Assembly (NCBI GenBank): GCA_049513715.1 | Contig: JBEKVV010000001.1 | Span: 192,001-256,000, forward strand | DNA length: 64,000 bases | Direction: 5' to 3' | Source: Candidatus Bathyarchaeia archaeon | Lineage (GTDB): Archaea; Thermoproteota; Bathyarchaeia; 40CM-2-53-6 | In this document: one piece after another, positions 28,981-39,336 of the stretch | How the letters are laid out: each line of letters opens with the position of its first letter | How positions within the stretch are numbered: the stretch's first letter is position 1 | Program-made: the position numbers and the translations under genes | The notes under the pieces: model-generated | Database searches by the model: none | Told to the model about the DNA's origin: nothing | What the model saw: the letters and a program-made list of their open reading frames with translations, nothing else

Positions 28981-29735
28981 TACTGCTGTTCCCTGAAGAT
29001 GGGTTCCTGTGGTTTAACCTCGAAGCCTTCCGGTGAGATCCGGTACGCCACGATCTTCTTGTTGACTCTTACTCCACGCATCTTCTGGATCTCCAATGCG
29101 GGGTAGGTCTTGTCCTTCTCGCGGAAGGTGTGAAGAAGGAGGCTTCCCTGTGCGAGGATCGTTTCTGGGCCGAACGTGTCAACGAACGAGCTGTCGTGCT
29201 CGGTTAACACGAGTGTTGTGAGTTCAAGTTCTGAGAGGGCTCTGTAGAATTGAAGCAGCTTGAACCTGAATTCGGATTCGGACCTGTAGGCTCCTGCGAT
29301 CGAGACCAACGAATCTATGACACATCTTTTTGCAGCAACCCTCTTCCTGGCATTTGCTATGACTCCGATTAATCCGTCCAAGTCGAATTTCTCCGTTCCC
29401 ATGATGCCTCCTCGGATTTTCAGTTCTCCGCCTGGTTCCTCCTGCTGGGGGGAAGCGTCAACCAAGACAAGTTTCCCTTGACTTTCCAGGTCGAACATGT
29501 TCCAGTTGAATCTGATCATGTTGTTCGCGAAAGAGTAGGTCGGTTCTTCAAGCGAAACGTATACCCCATTCTCCGCGTACTGTGTGGCTCCGCGGTAGAG
29601 GAACTGGCCTCCCATTATTGTCTTGCCAGCGCCCGGGGCTCCAATCACCGCGTGCACATAGTTACGGGGTAACCCGCCTTCAAGAGCCTCATCTAGGCCA
29701 GTGATTCCAGTCTTAGCTTTTGAAATCTCACTCAA
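28980..29735 (-). CDS. KaiC/RAD55-like ATPase
   Basis: TGITGLD..GGLP, GAPGAGKT, SLEE, VIDS, KMRG. Confidence 0.9.
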   Translation of the reverse strand: MSEISKAKTGITGLDEALEGGLPRNYVHAVIGAPGAGKTIMGGQFLYRGATQYAENGVYVSLEEPTYSFANNMIRFNWNMFDLESQGKLVLVDASPQQEEPGGELKIRGGIMGTEKFDLDGLIGVIANARKRVAAKRCVIDSLVSIAGAYRSESEFRFKLLQFYRALSELELTTLVLTEHDSSFVDTFGPETILAQGSLLLHTFREKDKTYPALEIQKMRGVRVNKKIVAYRISPEGFEVKPQEPIFREQQ

Positions 29736-29787
29736 GAATCATCGCACCGTATTGAAGTTGCACCATGCTCATTAGAATTCCGATGAT

Positions 29788-31317
29788 TCAGTTGTACTCC
29801 ACTCTCAGCCGCTTCGAGGTGTTTGGTCGGATTTGAGCAACGATTGCGTGGTAGAATTTTGGAGAGGAGATTAAGGCTTCTCCGTTCCCAAGCGAAGGCA
29901 GCAGGGACCAGAGCGAATCGGGAACATTACCTGTCGAGGTCCTTAACACTCGAATGTTTGGTTCGGAGCTGATTCTGTGCATGAATCTGGTGTTACATAA
30001 CTCGACAAGTTCGGAGGGAACGAGGGCTGGTTGTTGCGAGACGAACCCTAAACCTATGCCCCTCTTCCTGCCTTGCCGCGCCATTTCAGTCAGCATCGTG
30101 CAGGTAGCGGTCATGGTCTTCATCTTGGCTTTGCTCAAGAAAGTGTGAACTTCCTCCATGAAGATCAGAATTGGTGCAGATTCAATGTATCGGGTCTTGT
30201 AGGTGAAGATCTCTTTCAGGAGGTGCGCCATGCAAATGTTGCGAACGATGTCTGATGATTCACTCAAATCAACGACAGATATCCTGCCGGGCACCAAGAA
30301 GTTTTCGGGAGGAATCTTATCGAAGATTTCGCCGGCCTGGTGGGCGTCCAGTATTCCGGCGCGGTGGGCGAGTGAGAGTTTCGTGTACAGTCCCATATGG
30401 GCTTCTGCCACAACCTCGGGAAGAGAGGCTTTGTCGATTTGTGCGTCAATTCTTTTCTTCAAGACGTTCAGGACGGCGCCAATCTCGTAGGGTTGGAAAC
30501 TTCCACTGATCTCTTTCGCCTTTCTGGCAATGTCAAACATGTAGACCCGTTCGAACGGCGACAGTCCTAAGACTTCGCAGAAAATCTCCAAATCAATGTC
30601 AGCGAATGGCACTCCAAACTTCTTCGCTTCCAAGTTGCGGCTTCTGTTAGGTGCGGGCACGTAAACTTGGAAGTTCTTTACGCCCTGGGGTTCCTTTTTG
30701 AATTCTCGCAGAATTGGTAGGAGGGCGTCAGTTGGTTCGTTCATGCCCACATATTCGCCTTCGATGTCGAAGATGAGAACGGCACGATTTGATTTGGTGG
30801 CTTCCTCAGCGATCACTTGAAGGGTGTTTGATTTTCCACCGCCGGTCGTTCCGAAAATTCCAATATGCCTAGTCAGGCTGCTTGGTTCTATAGCGACTTC
30901 CACCTCTTTCTGGCCGAGAAGGCGTCCGAGTTTGAATTCGCCGACTGCGCCAACGTAAGCCTGTACTTGCGATGGGTCCAACGTGGTGACTGGGGTTCCG
31001 GGGTTTGGTCTCGTCTGGACCGCGGTCTTGTGGTCACCGACGAGAAGCGAGGTTAGCTCGATCAAGTAGTACGCTCCGGGGTTCTTCGTGAAGAACGGTC
31101 CGTCGAGAATGCGACCTACGAAGGTCGTATCGGAGGCCGCCTCTCCAATTCGAACGTACACACCGCGATGCGGATCAGAATTTTGTGACATCATGAAACA
31201 AGTGATGCCTTGATGGGGCACGGTTCTTGCGTTTGCTATTTCTACGTCATCGTACGTGACATATCCAATGTGACCCTGAGATTTTTTCCGCTCTTCCACT
31301 ACACTGACCAATCTCAT
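29788..31317 (-). CDS. HerA/FtsK-superfamily ATPase
   Basis: RHIGIFGTTGGGKS, FDIEGEY, MEEVH, RQGRKRG, SQQP. Confidence 0.9.
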   Translation of the reverse strand: MRLVSVVEERKKSQGHIGYVTYDDVEIANARTVPHQGITCFMMSQNSDPHRGVYVRIGEAASDTTFVGRILDGPFFTKNPGAYYLIELTSLLVGDHKTAVQTRPNPGTPVTTLDPSQVQAYVGAVGEFKLGRLLGQKEVEVAIEPSSLTRHIGIFGTTGGGKSNTLQVIAEEATKSNRAVLIFDIEGEYVGMNEPTDALLPILREFKKEPQGVKNFQVYVPAPNRSRNLEAKKFGVPFADIDLEIFCEVLGLSPFERVYMFDIARKAKEISGSFQPYEIGAVLNVLKKRIDAQIDKASLPEVVAEAHMGLYTKLSLAHRAGILDAHQAGEIFDKIPPENFLVPGRISVVDLSESSDIVRNICMAHLLKEIFTYKTRYIESAPILIFMEEVHTFLSKAKMKTMTATCTMLTEMARQGRKRGIGLGFVSQQPALVPSELVELCNTRFMHRISSEPNIRVLRTSTGNVPDSLWSLLPSLGNGEALISSPKFYHAIVAQIRPNTSKRLRVEYN

Positions 31318-31343
31318 GCTTCCCTCTATTCAGAGCCGTTCAT

Positions 31344-32513
31344 CTAGGCGCGCACCGCAATCTCCAAAACCTTTCCTGCAACTTCAACAGGGGTCACGCC
31401 CTCTGCCACTTGAATATTGTGTAACGCAGCTATCTCACTGGCTCGTTTCGAGAGGCGCGGAATCGCCGCTAGAACCACAACTGTAGGGTTAGTTTCGAGT
31501 TTCTTAACATAGAGTTCTAAGACTGGTTCTACGTCCACCTCTGACTCGCTCTGAGAGATATCGATTGCAATGGTTTTCATGTCCTTGTGGACCAGCACCG
31601 CGAAGGACACCTCTTCAGAGGTGCCGGCCATGGCACCGGGGCTCCTGACGTCGAAGCCCTTCTCACCGAGGACTCGCCTCAACGCATCAACTCCGAGGAA
31701 GCGGCGTGCATCTCCCAATGCTTCCTTTGTCATGCTGTACGCAAACACGTCTACGATCATCGCTTTCGGAAGATCAAAATCAAGACTGCATTTGCGACAG
31801 TAGTAGCTTTGAGATGGGTCTTCGAAATGTGCATGGCAAATGTTACAGGAGCACACTACGCCGATCAGGCGATACTCCTTCTCGTTCTCGAGCAGTTTCT
31901 TGCAGGTAGGACAAATTAGGCTTTTTCCTACGCGAAATGCGGTTTCTTGATGGATTGTGCCGCACGCAAGATGTTCAATCATTCGGCTTATTGAGATCTC
32001 CATGGATCCGCATTGAGTGCATTTGAATCGCGAGTAGAGATTCGATGGGGTTGCGCAACGCGGGCAGTAGAGGACCCTCTCGAAGAGGCTTTCAGCTACG
32101 ATTCGGATATCAGCCATTCGTTGAAGCAGGGGCCGTTCGACGAGCATAATGTTGTCTCCGCTGGCGTCTCCAACGGCGTATCGGGGGAGACGGTCTGTTC
32201 CAAACTCAGGTTCAAGCATCTTTCCGCCAGTCCGAATGAAGTGGCTAATGACCGGCTGGACCTGTGGGTCATTGTAGGTTCGCAGGCGAAGTCTCCTTGC
32301 CACAGATTCGTCTTTTCTAGCCATCTCGTAGGCTACAGACTCAGCCCTGCGGATTCGCTCATTCAGTTGCCTCGAAAGCACTTCGAATTTATCCCGGTCT
32401 AATTTACGGTCTGCAAATTGCTTCTCAAGGTTGGCAAGTTCACTAGTCAAATCGTCGTGTTCTGTCAGCGGGTCCTTTGCTGGCTCTGCGGGTGCCATTA
32501 TAGACATGCTCAT
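31344..32513 (-). CDS. Second TackOD1-like Zn-binding protein with N-terminal coiled coil and degenerate REase fold
   Basis: CPRC, CTQCGS, EHLACG, CPTC, CNIC, CRKC; KTIAIDI. Confidence 0.7.
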   Translation of the reverse strand: MSMSIMAPAEPAKDPLTEHDDLTSELANLEKQFADRKLDRDKFEVLSRQLNERIRRAESVAYEMARKDESVARRLRLRTYNDPQVQPVISHFIRTGGKMLEPEFGTDRLPRYAVGDASGDNIMLVERPLLQRMADIRIVAESLFERVLYCPRCATPSNLYSRFKCTQCGSMEISISRMIEHLACGTIHQETAFRVGKSLICPTCKKLLENEKEYRLIGVVCSCNICHAHFEDPSQSYYCRKCSLDFDLPKAMIVDVFAYSMTKEALGDARRFLGVDALRRVLGEKGFDVRSPGAMAGTSEEVSFAVLVHKDMKTIAIDISQSESEVDVEPVLELYVKKLETNPTVVVLAAIPRLSKRASEIAALHNIQVAEGVTPVEVAGKVLEIAVRA

Positions 32514-32584
32514 TGTTCTGCGAATCGTTTGGAGAAGCCAAATATAACTGGTCCTATCGCCTTCTCTGTGTTAAGGTCTTGTCT

Positions 32585-34630
32585 GTGAAACATGGTAAGG
32601 TCATTCTGCTTTCAATTGCCATGTTCATTACCTTGACCGTCATTTCATTCCCGCGATCAGCAGCTCAAACAATTTCGCCCGAACTCACAACTGACCAAGC
32701 CATTTACCCATTATGGCACATTGGGGGTACCGTCACAATTACTGCCTCGAAACTGATCACGAACCAGACCTACTATCTTTGGTTGCAACGGCCAAACCAA
32801 GAAAGCACCCTCTATGCGACGATCAGGGGCATAAGTGGGGCCACTAGCATTTCGCTCCCGATCGCGGCCACAGATCCCTCAGGCACATATCTAATCAGTC
32901 TTTCAACATCAAGCCTTACCGACACGAGGTCAGCGGTTATCCATGTCGGTATCTTCGGAACAGACGCTAGGAGCTACGAACGCACTGAAAAGATCGTAAT
33001 CTCCGGAGGCGGGTTTGCGGCCAATTCAACTATCTCCATTGGCCTTGCGGCCGCGGGCCAGACCGTGAATGGTTTCCCACAGAACATCAGATCCCAATCG
33101 GATGGCGGATTCAGCTACACACTCAAGCTTCCGCCCTCAGCGAACCTTGGGGTCCTTGCAGTGAGCGCTGAGGGGTCTAATTACGACAATCACGGCCTGA
33201 CGAGTACCGCTAGTACCACTGTGAATGTTAATCCAACTTCAATCAGGATCAGCCGGGGGACACCGCCCCCTGCCACCGTTGAGAGAACGGCTAAGGTGTC
33301 CGTGTCATATCTGCTCACGTATCCGGATGGCTCAGGTGTCACTACCGCCTCGGCGGGCTCATCGGTTAGCGTCCTAAGAGAGTCTGATAGGACGGTTGTC
33401 GGCGCGGTGCCACTGCAATTGTCCAACAGTTCCGGTACTTGGAGCGCAGTTTGGGTGCCTCCGCCCAACGCCACCCTCACAGCCTACCAGTTCGAGTTGG
33501 CGGCCACGAGTTTCAGCGACTCCTACGGTAACCTGGGGCAAGGGCCTGCTGTGGATTCCGCCAGTTTCGCGGTAGGAAAGGCAAATGGTGGTCTTTCCTA
33601 TCCGGCGAATTCTACACTCGAACGAGCCCAGGACGCAAACGTGGTGATCACAGCCCAGTATCACGACGGGTCCAATTTTGAAAACGTTACCTCGGCCAGT
33701 GGCGAAGTTATCGATGTCGAAGAGGTTAGTCACACGCTTGCATTCAACAAGACATTGAACGCGTTGAGCGGGCAACTGAATGTTCCCGTCAACGCCACCC
33801 TCGGCAAGTGGCGGATTACTGGTACCTTCACTGATCTTTATGGCAACACAGCTTCAGGGGAGGTTGTGATTCAAATAGTGAAGGCAAACTTGAAGTTCGC
33901 AGTCAACGTGCCTCCATCAGAAAGAACGACAATGATGAACGTCACCGCCAGAATATCATACCCTGACGGAACAACCGTCAATCCTGGCTTGGTCCCAGCT
34001 GGGTTTAACGTGACAATCTCAAATGGCAATTTCACTTGGACCTCAAGAATGATCTTTGACGACACGAGCGCGAGATGGACCGCAGGATACCTAATTCCAA
34101 TCAACGCAACTGTCGGGGATTACTCAGTTGGAATGGTCGTTCTAGACATTTATGGCAACGGCGGTGGATCCAACACAACCGCAAGTGTGGTCCCTGCAAG
34201 GTTCACGATCACGGCGCCTCAAGCCAGTGCGAAAGTCACCCCTGGACAAATCGTTGACATATCGATCTCTGTGCTGTACCCGAATGGTTCCTCTTTGACT
34301 ACCCGCGGCGGACGAGTACTTGCTTCATTCACCAACTCGTCAGGGACTTACATTTTACAGATGATATTCAACGCCGGCGATGATACCTGGCATGAATACT
34401 TCACCGCACCAGACCCTGGACTAAGTTTCGGCAAAACCATACCTTTCTCATTCTCCGCCACTGATCAGTTCGGAAACTCAGGTGCCGCAGCGAACGCCTA
34501 CGAGCTAGACGTCGGCGCGGGCATTGGATCATTGATCTTGGCGAGTGTGATAGGGGCACTGGTGCCAATCGCTTTGCTTAGCTGGGCGATAGTTACGATT
34601 TCAAAACGGCGCCGAAAACACAAACCGTAG
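32585..34630 (+). CDS. Membrane-anchored Ig-like repeat surface glycoprotein
   Basis: Signal peptide from GTG 32585; repeated YPDG / D.YGN motifs; many N-X-S/T; C-terminal TM plus KRRRK. Confidence 0.75.
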   Translation: MKHGKVILLSIAMFITLTVISFPRSAAQTISPELTTDQAIYPLWHIGGTVTITASKLITNQTYYLWLQRPNQESTLYATIRGISGATSISLPIAATDPSGTYLISLSTSSLTDTRSAVIHVGIFGTDARSYERTEKIVISGGGFAANSTISIGLAAAGQTVNGFPQNIRSQSDGGFSYTLKLPPSANLGVLAVSAEGSNYDNHGLTSTASTTVNVNPTSIRISRGTPPPATVERTAKVSVSYLLTYPDGSGVTTASAGSSVSVLRESDRTVVGAVPLQLSNSSGTWSAVWVPPPNATLTAYQFELAATSFSDSYGNLGQGPAVDSASFAVGKANGGLSYPANSTLERAQDANVVITAQYHDGSNFENVTSASGEVIDVEEVSHTLAFNKTLNALSGQLNVPVNATLGKWRITGTFTDLYGNTASGEVVIQIVKANLKFAVNVPPSERTTMMNVTARISYPDGTTVNPGLVPAGFNVTISNGNFTWTSRMIFDDTSARWTAGYLIPINATVGDYSVGMVVLDIYGNGGGSNTTASVVPARFTITAPQASAKVTPGQIVDISISVLYPNGSSLTTRGGRVLASFTNSSGTYILQMIFNAGDDTWHEYFTAPDPGLSFGKTIPFSFSATDQFGNSGAAANAYELDVGAGIGSLILASVIGALVPIALLSWAIVTISKRRRKHKP

Positions 34631-34649
34631 CATCATGTTGGGCAGTAGT

Positions 34650-35441
34650 TCAGTGAGCAGCCTTCAACAAAACTGTCGAAAACACAACGTCCCCAAAAAT
34701 CAACGTAATTACCAAACCTATGAGGATGAAGAGTAACATCGGAAGCCCTGGCGTAACCCAAACTTCCCCTTGGAAGCCTAGCCTGGAAAGCGATTCTGCG
34801 AATTTTGAGACCAACTGATCCCGGTCGATTTCGGCGTCGAAAAAGAACTTGAAGGAACGCTTCGTCGCGCCATCGGGGATCTCCTCCATCGGATAAAGAT
34901 AGAAAGTTGAGCGAAGCGTGGATACACTAGCACGGTAGCCAGTGAAGAACGCCATCAGTTTCCTCCACTTCGACTCCTCCTCTAAGCCATCAAACATGTT
35001 CCGTTTGTCCCTAATGTAGGTTAGAGAATTCCGCAACCCAAACCAAACCGCAACTGACGCAGAGCAAATGTAACCCATGATCATGACAGTAACGGGGAAG
35101 AATGGATGCGGATATCCCAACAAGGACTGGAAGCTTCTTGGCGCCAGAGGAAGGGTGAGACCGAGACAAATGATCGCTTTCGCGTCAGCACCTCCGAAGA
35201 GGCCAAAGTAGAATATTGCCAATGCAAGAATCGTTGCGACCGCGATCGATATGGCGGTAACAATTAGCGCTGAAGGGTCTAGGATTAAGCGAGAGGCGGT
35301 CAGTGCTGCTCCTATGCTGCCGTAGACCAACCAAACCTTATCGTTCACTTCACGCGTCCTGAGGTCAAACACCGAGCTCAGAACGTAGAAGAAGAGTGTA
35401 ACAAGAATCGCGGCGTACTCGGAGAGTTGCAAGGGATCCAT
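34650..35441 (-). CDS. pibD: Prepilin/prearchaellin peptidase (A24, PibD/FlaK family)
   Basis: DLRTREV.D, GGADAK, VWVTPGLP. Confidence 0.9.
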   Translation of the reverse strand: MDPLQLSEYAAILVTLFFYVLSSVFDLRTREVNDKVWLVYGSIGAALTASRLILDPSALIVTAISIAVATILALAIFYFGLFGGADAKAIICLGLTLPLAPRSFQSLLGYPHPFFPVTVMIMGYICSASVAVWFGLRNSLTYIRDKRNMFDGLEEESKWRKLMAFFTGYRASVSTLRSTFYLYPMEEIPDGATKRSFKFFFDAEIDRDQLVSKFAESLSRLGFQGEVWVTPGLPMLLFILIGLVITLIFGDVVFSTVLLKAAH

Positions 35442-35777
35442 TGATAGTACCGGCGAACTGGTTGAGAATGGGTCTCAGTCCAGTAGGAAGAATAGCTTTT
35501 CGATACGTACCCTGAAATCGGACCACTTCTTGGTTGAGGTCATCGCGATTCAACAAGCTGAATTGGAAACCGAGGCAGAACTTGAGCAACTTTGACTACC
35601 TCAACTTAGGGTTCTGAGTGCTCGGCTATCTTTGTAACCGTGCTAATGTTTTATACGCTTAGGCAATGATTCGTGATACGCCTAGCGGAGCTAATGTAAG
35701 GGGTGTGAGCACTCTTCAGCAGAACCAAGCAAGCCACCTGTTTCAAGAAGGTTGCGGAGGCGCTTTGTCTCCTTGCT

Positions 35778-38700
35778 TTGATCCTTTCTGGCATTCTCGC
35801 CCCGTTACCTCACGTGGGCTTGCTTCGGCCCGTTCAGGCGCAGGCGCCACCTAACTCTGCTGCCGCCTCTCCGACTAAGTTCTGGGGACCGTTTGTAACG
35901 TCAACAGGTGATGTGGAAATTGACGTGAATCGCAGGGGAATCGCGGTCCGTGTGGAAGTTCCGAGAGAGTTCCTCAACAATGTAGCTGGCGGCGAGAATG
36001 ATACTCATTTCATACAGAGCGACATAAGAAATGACTATTACTACTACAGCACCGTCGACGAAGCGAAGCATTGGAGCCATGAAGAGAATCGAACTGTAAG
36101 TCAGGCACCGTGCTACAAACCAAACTTCGGAATCTACGACCCGAATGCACCATGGTGTGTGGAAATATGGAATTACCTGAATGGAACGTTCCTTAACTTC
36201 ACTGCCCCCCGATTCGTTAGGTTCAAGGGTTTGAACGCGCCGCCAATCGCAGGAATCTACAATGTCACTCTCTTCGTAGCCAACCACACAAATAGCCTCA
36301 ATTTGCCAGACTTCATTCACGCTTGGAACACGACGTTCTTCGTTCCCGTTAGCATGAGCGACAATCCAGGAAGCATCAGCGGAACAATATGCGACGACGA
36401 CACCTCGGGCTGTTCCACCATACTTGCTAAAGGAGTAGTTTTGGCGAAGAACACGGCCGGGCAGGTAGTAGCCCGAGGCTTCGTGAATCAGACGACTGGA
36501 GCCTTCAACGTTCCGGGTCTAGCGCCGGGGACTTATCAGGTTCAGGCTTCCGCGGGTTTGTTTAATGGTGTAGCGTATTCCCTATCAGATCCCATCTCGG
36601 TTCCAGTGTCAGGAGGCCACAACGGCTCCCCAGGGTCCATCCATCTGCATCGGGCACCGCAAGTGTGTGGCAAGATAACTTATGAGAACGATAATCCTAT
36701 ACCTGTTCCGATTTTGCATTCGCTCTCTGATCACCCATATCTAACGAAGATCGGCGTTAAAGCAGACAGTTACAAACTCAACATAACCGTTGAGGGCTAT
36801 GACCCTTCAGGTCACACATTTCGCAACATGACAACTTCCCTGGACCAAGCTAGCGATAACTTCATCCTCATCACCGGTCTTGGAGAGATGTATTTTGGTG
36901 GCGATCCATACGGCACGGAGTTCGCGGGTCTGCCTCCTGTAAGCTCCGGGAGTTACCAGATGAGTCTCAGATTCAGCATTACAGGGTATTTGCAGAAGTT
37001 CACAGAGACTGTTACTGTCTCAGTCGCCGCTGGAAGAACCTTCCCACTGCAATGCAACAACCCCAACCCTAATCCTGTGGTGATGCTCTCTGCTGGGGTG
37101 ATAACTGCGGACATTCAGTTCTTCAACCTAGCCGTCCCTGAAACACCTGCTCAGGCCGAGATTTCGACCGACTTATCCTCACCCTCAGGGAGCCTCTTCG
37201 GCGGTAACATTCTGGTTCAAGCCTACGATCACTCAGGTGCTCTTCGTGGGGTGACGGTGGTTAATGGAACAGCCAACGGGATAACCACATACAAGGATGT
37301 GACTTCTCTACGGCTGTACATTATTGGTTTCAGTGAGTTCTACTACCGGACTTTGAGCGGTCCCTGGGGAGAGGAAGACTCTGGGTTATCTGGTGATCTC
37401 TCGGGTTACACTTTGAATGTTCGCATTCGCGGTTACAACCAAACAACAAACCCCATCATAAGCCTTCCAGCGGGGGGAAACGCTACTGCAGCAATTCGAA
37501 TGACGAGGGGAGGTGCGATTTCTGTTGACGTGTTCTCGTTCGACAATCGCCCCGGAACAAGGGCGGCTCAGGCCGCGCAGGAGTTCAGGTTTCTGAACCT
37601 CGCGATACCCGTCGCAGCCAGAGTGTACTTTTACGATCAGAGCGGCGTGAGCGTGGGCTACGTTGAACGGTTCATGGTCATCAAGTCGGCAAGCAATCCG
37701 CTGGGCGTAAACAGCAAATCCTTCAATGTTGTCTTCACAGGAATGAATTGGGGTCTTAAGGAGATCTGGTACTACAACGACCTTCCCACCTTTCTTGGGG
37801 ATGAAACTTACACCATCAAAGCATACACCCTAGGCTACGTGCAGCAAAAGGAAATAGCCATCTTCGTTGGTCAAGCAGGCGTCGGCACGGCAGCAGTAAC
37901 TCTCTTCATCGGAAACGAGGTCGCCATCACAGCGCCGATATATCTGCAGCCAGTTCTCTTCGGCCAGGTCTCGGAGCATGCTCACGCAATAGGTGAGGCT
38001 TTTTCAGATTCAGGATTAGCGGGGGCCGAAACCGATAACGTCACCGCAGGTACCAAGACGCTGGGGTTCACTCTGTTCGGTTTCGGCGCCATGGAAGTGA
38101 ACGCTACATTTCCCTTCGAAGGTCAGGGACATTTCTTCTACGTAGACTCAACCGGACAAAGGCACTTTGATTACGGCCTCGACGTTGGATCATATACCGC
38201 CCAAATACCTGAGTTCGGCTTCAACGTGCATCTTACGCAACTAACCGCCTCCACGACAACGTTCACAGACCTCTTCTTGGAATCCGGCGTCCTCATATCG
38301 ATGATCACCATGGCGAAAGTCTTCGAGAACGAGAACCTGCCTCACCCCATCGCGGGTTGGGTGGCGGGGAGTGCCGGGAGCGAGGTAATGCCGCTGTCTT
38401 GGGTACGTGTCGATGCGTTCAATGGATCATTTGATCGTTCCGTTCCAACCTTGGACGGGGTATATGATGGTCCAGGGGCATTGTTTCTGCCCGCTGGGCT
38501 CTACAATATCACGTTCTCTGTCCCATTTTACAAGACAAGTGGGGTGACGGTGAATTTCCCAGTAGACTGGGCTGGTAGCTATCCACTGCTGCCGCCGGAC
38601 GGATATCTCTGCCCAATCAACAATGCCGGTCTACCTTGCGATCCGCCCTTGGAAATATCCGGATCACCCGCTGGGGGGAGTTCATCGCCCGGCGTTCTTG

Positions 38701-39071
38701 TGCTGACTTCACAGCTGAACCTGCGCAAGGACTCGTACAGCAGCGTCAGTTACTTTTGGTCCGCATCCCAAGGCAGGTTGAATGCAACCAGCGGTCGCGC
38801 TGTCCTCTGGACCCGCACAAACCAAACCGAGGGCAACGTCACAATTTATGCTAGCGCACTGGTCAACACGGGTTCAGGTCCTACTCTGCTCTTCTCAGCA
38901 GAGTATACGCCCACCGACCAAGCAATCCCAGAGTTCCACGCATCTCCCTCAACCCTAATGGCTGCCATTCTCCTTTCATTAGCAGTCTTGGTCGTCAACC
39001 GCAAAACTCGGAACGAACTACCAAGATCACGAAAGTCCGCGCTCCCCAGAAAGAACAATCGGAAAATGTAA
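35778..39071 (+). CDS. Large secreted surface protein with PEF-CTERM-like sorting signal
   Basis: Beta-sandwich motifs (GAFNVPGLAPGTY); C-terminal IPEF, TM helix, basic tail; true start uncertain. Confidence 0.75.
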   Translation: MILSGILAPLPHVGLLRPVQAQAPPNSAAASPTKFWGPFVTSTGDVEIDVNRRGIAVRVEVPREFLNNVAGGENDTHFIQSDIRNDYYYYSTVDEAKHWSHEENRTVSQAPCYKPNFGIYDPNAPWCVEIWNYLNGTFLNFTAPRFVRFKGLNAPPIAGIYNVTLFVANHTNSLNLPDFIHAWNTTFFVPVSMSDNPGSISGTICDDDTSGCSTILAKGVVLAKNTAGQVVARGFVNQTTGAFNVPGLAPGTYQVQASAGLFNGVAYSLSDPISVPVSGGHNGSPGSIHLHRAPQVCGKITYENDNPIPVPILHSLSDHPYLTKIGVKADSYKLNITVEGYDPSGHTFRNMTTSLDQASDNFILITGLGEMYFGGDPYGTEFAGLPPVSSGSYQMSLRFSITGYLQKFTETVTVSVAAGRTFPLQCNNPNPNPVVMLSAGVITADIQFFNLAVPETPAQAEISTDLSSPSGSLFGGNILVQAYDHSGALRGVTVVNGTANGITTYKDVTSLRLYIIGFSEFYYRTLSGPWGEEDSGLSGDLSGYTLNVRIRGYNQTTNPIISLPAGGNATAAIRMTRGGAISVDVFSFDNRPGTRAAQAAQEFRFLNLAIPVAARVYFYDQSGVSVGYVERFMVIKSASNPLGVNSKSFNVVFTGMNWGLKEIWYYNDLPTFLGDETYTIKAYTLGYVQQKEIAIFVGQAGVGTAAVTLFIGNEVAITAPIYLQPVLFGQVSEHAHAIGEAFSDSGLAGAETDNVTAGTKTLGFTLFGFGAMEVNATFPFEGQGHFFYVDSTGQRHFDYGLDVGSYTAQIPEFGFNVHLTQLTASTTTFTDLFLESGVLISMITMAKVFENENLPHPIAGWVAGSAGSEVMPLSWVRVDAFNGSFDRSVPTLDGVYDGPGALFLPAGLYNITFSVPFYKTSGVTVNFPVDWAGSYPLLPPDGYLCPINNAGLPCDPPLEISGSPAGGSSSPGVLVLTSQLNLRKDSYSSVSYFWSASQGRLNATSGRAVLWTRTNQTEGNVTIYASALVNTGSGPTLLFSAEYTPTDQAIPEFHASPSTLMAAILLSLAVLVVNRKTRNELPRSRKSALPRKNNRKM

Positions 39072-39336
39072 CCTCAGCTTCGCGGCGCGCGTGACGCGTT
39101 ATTGAGAAATGCGGATTCATTTACCCGTGCCCTCCGGGAAGTATTGACTCGAAGCAACACTTTTCAGCTCGTTTCTGACACTGGACCGAAAGGTCTCAGG
39201 GAACACTAGGGTTATTCCAAATTTAACCTAAGTTAAATGCTTGAGTAGGCCTTGGAGAAAGTAAGTGAAGTACAAGAACGCCAGAACGGTTCAACGCTAA
39301 TCACACAAAAACCAATCACAAAGCAGGCTGAATGAC

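Noticed and set aside
19008..29735. Archaellum (fla/arl) operon
   Set aside because: Two separate TadC-like genes, pilin-type rather than FlaB-type subunits, no recognisable FlaF/G or chemotaxis genes; fits an adhesive type IV pilus
29788..31317. HerA-NurA repair operon or Sir2/nuclease-HerA defence system
   Set aside because: No NurA, Mre11, Rad50 or Sir2 neighbour; flanking REase folds look inactive
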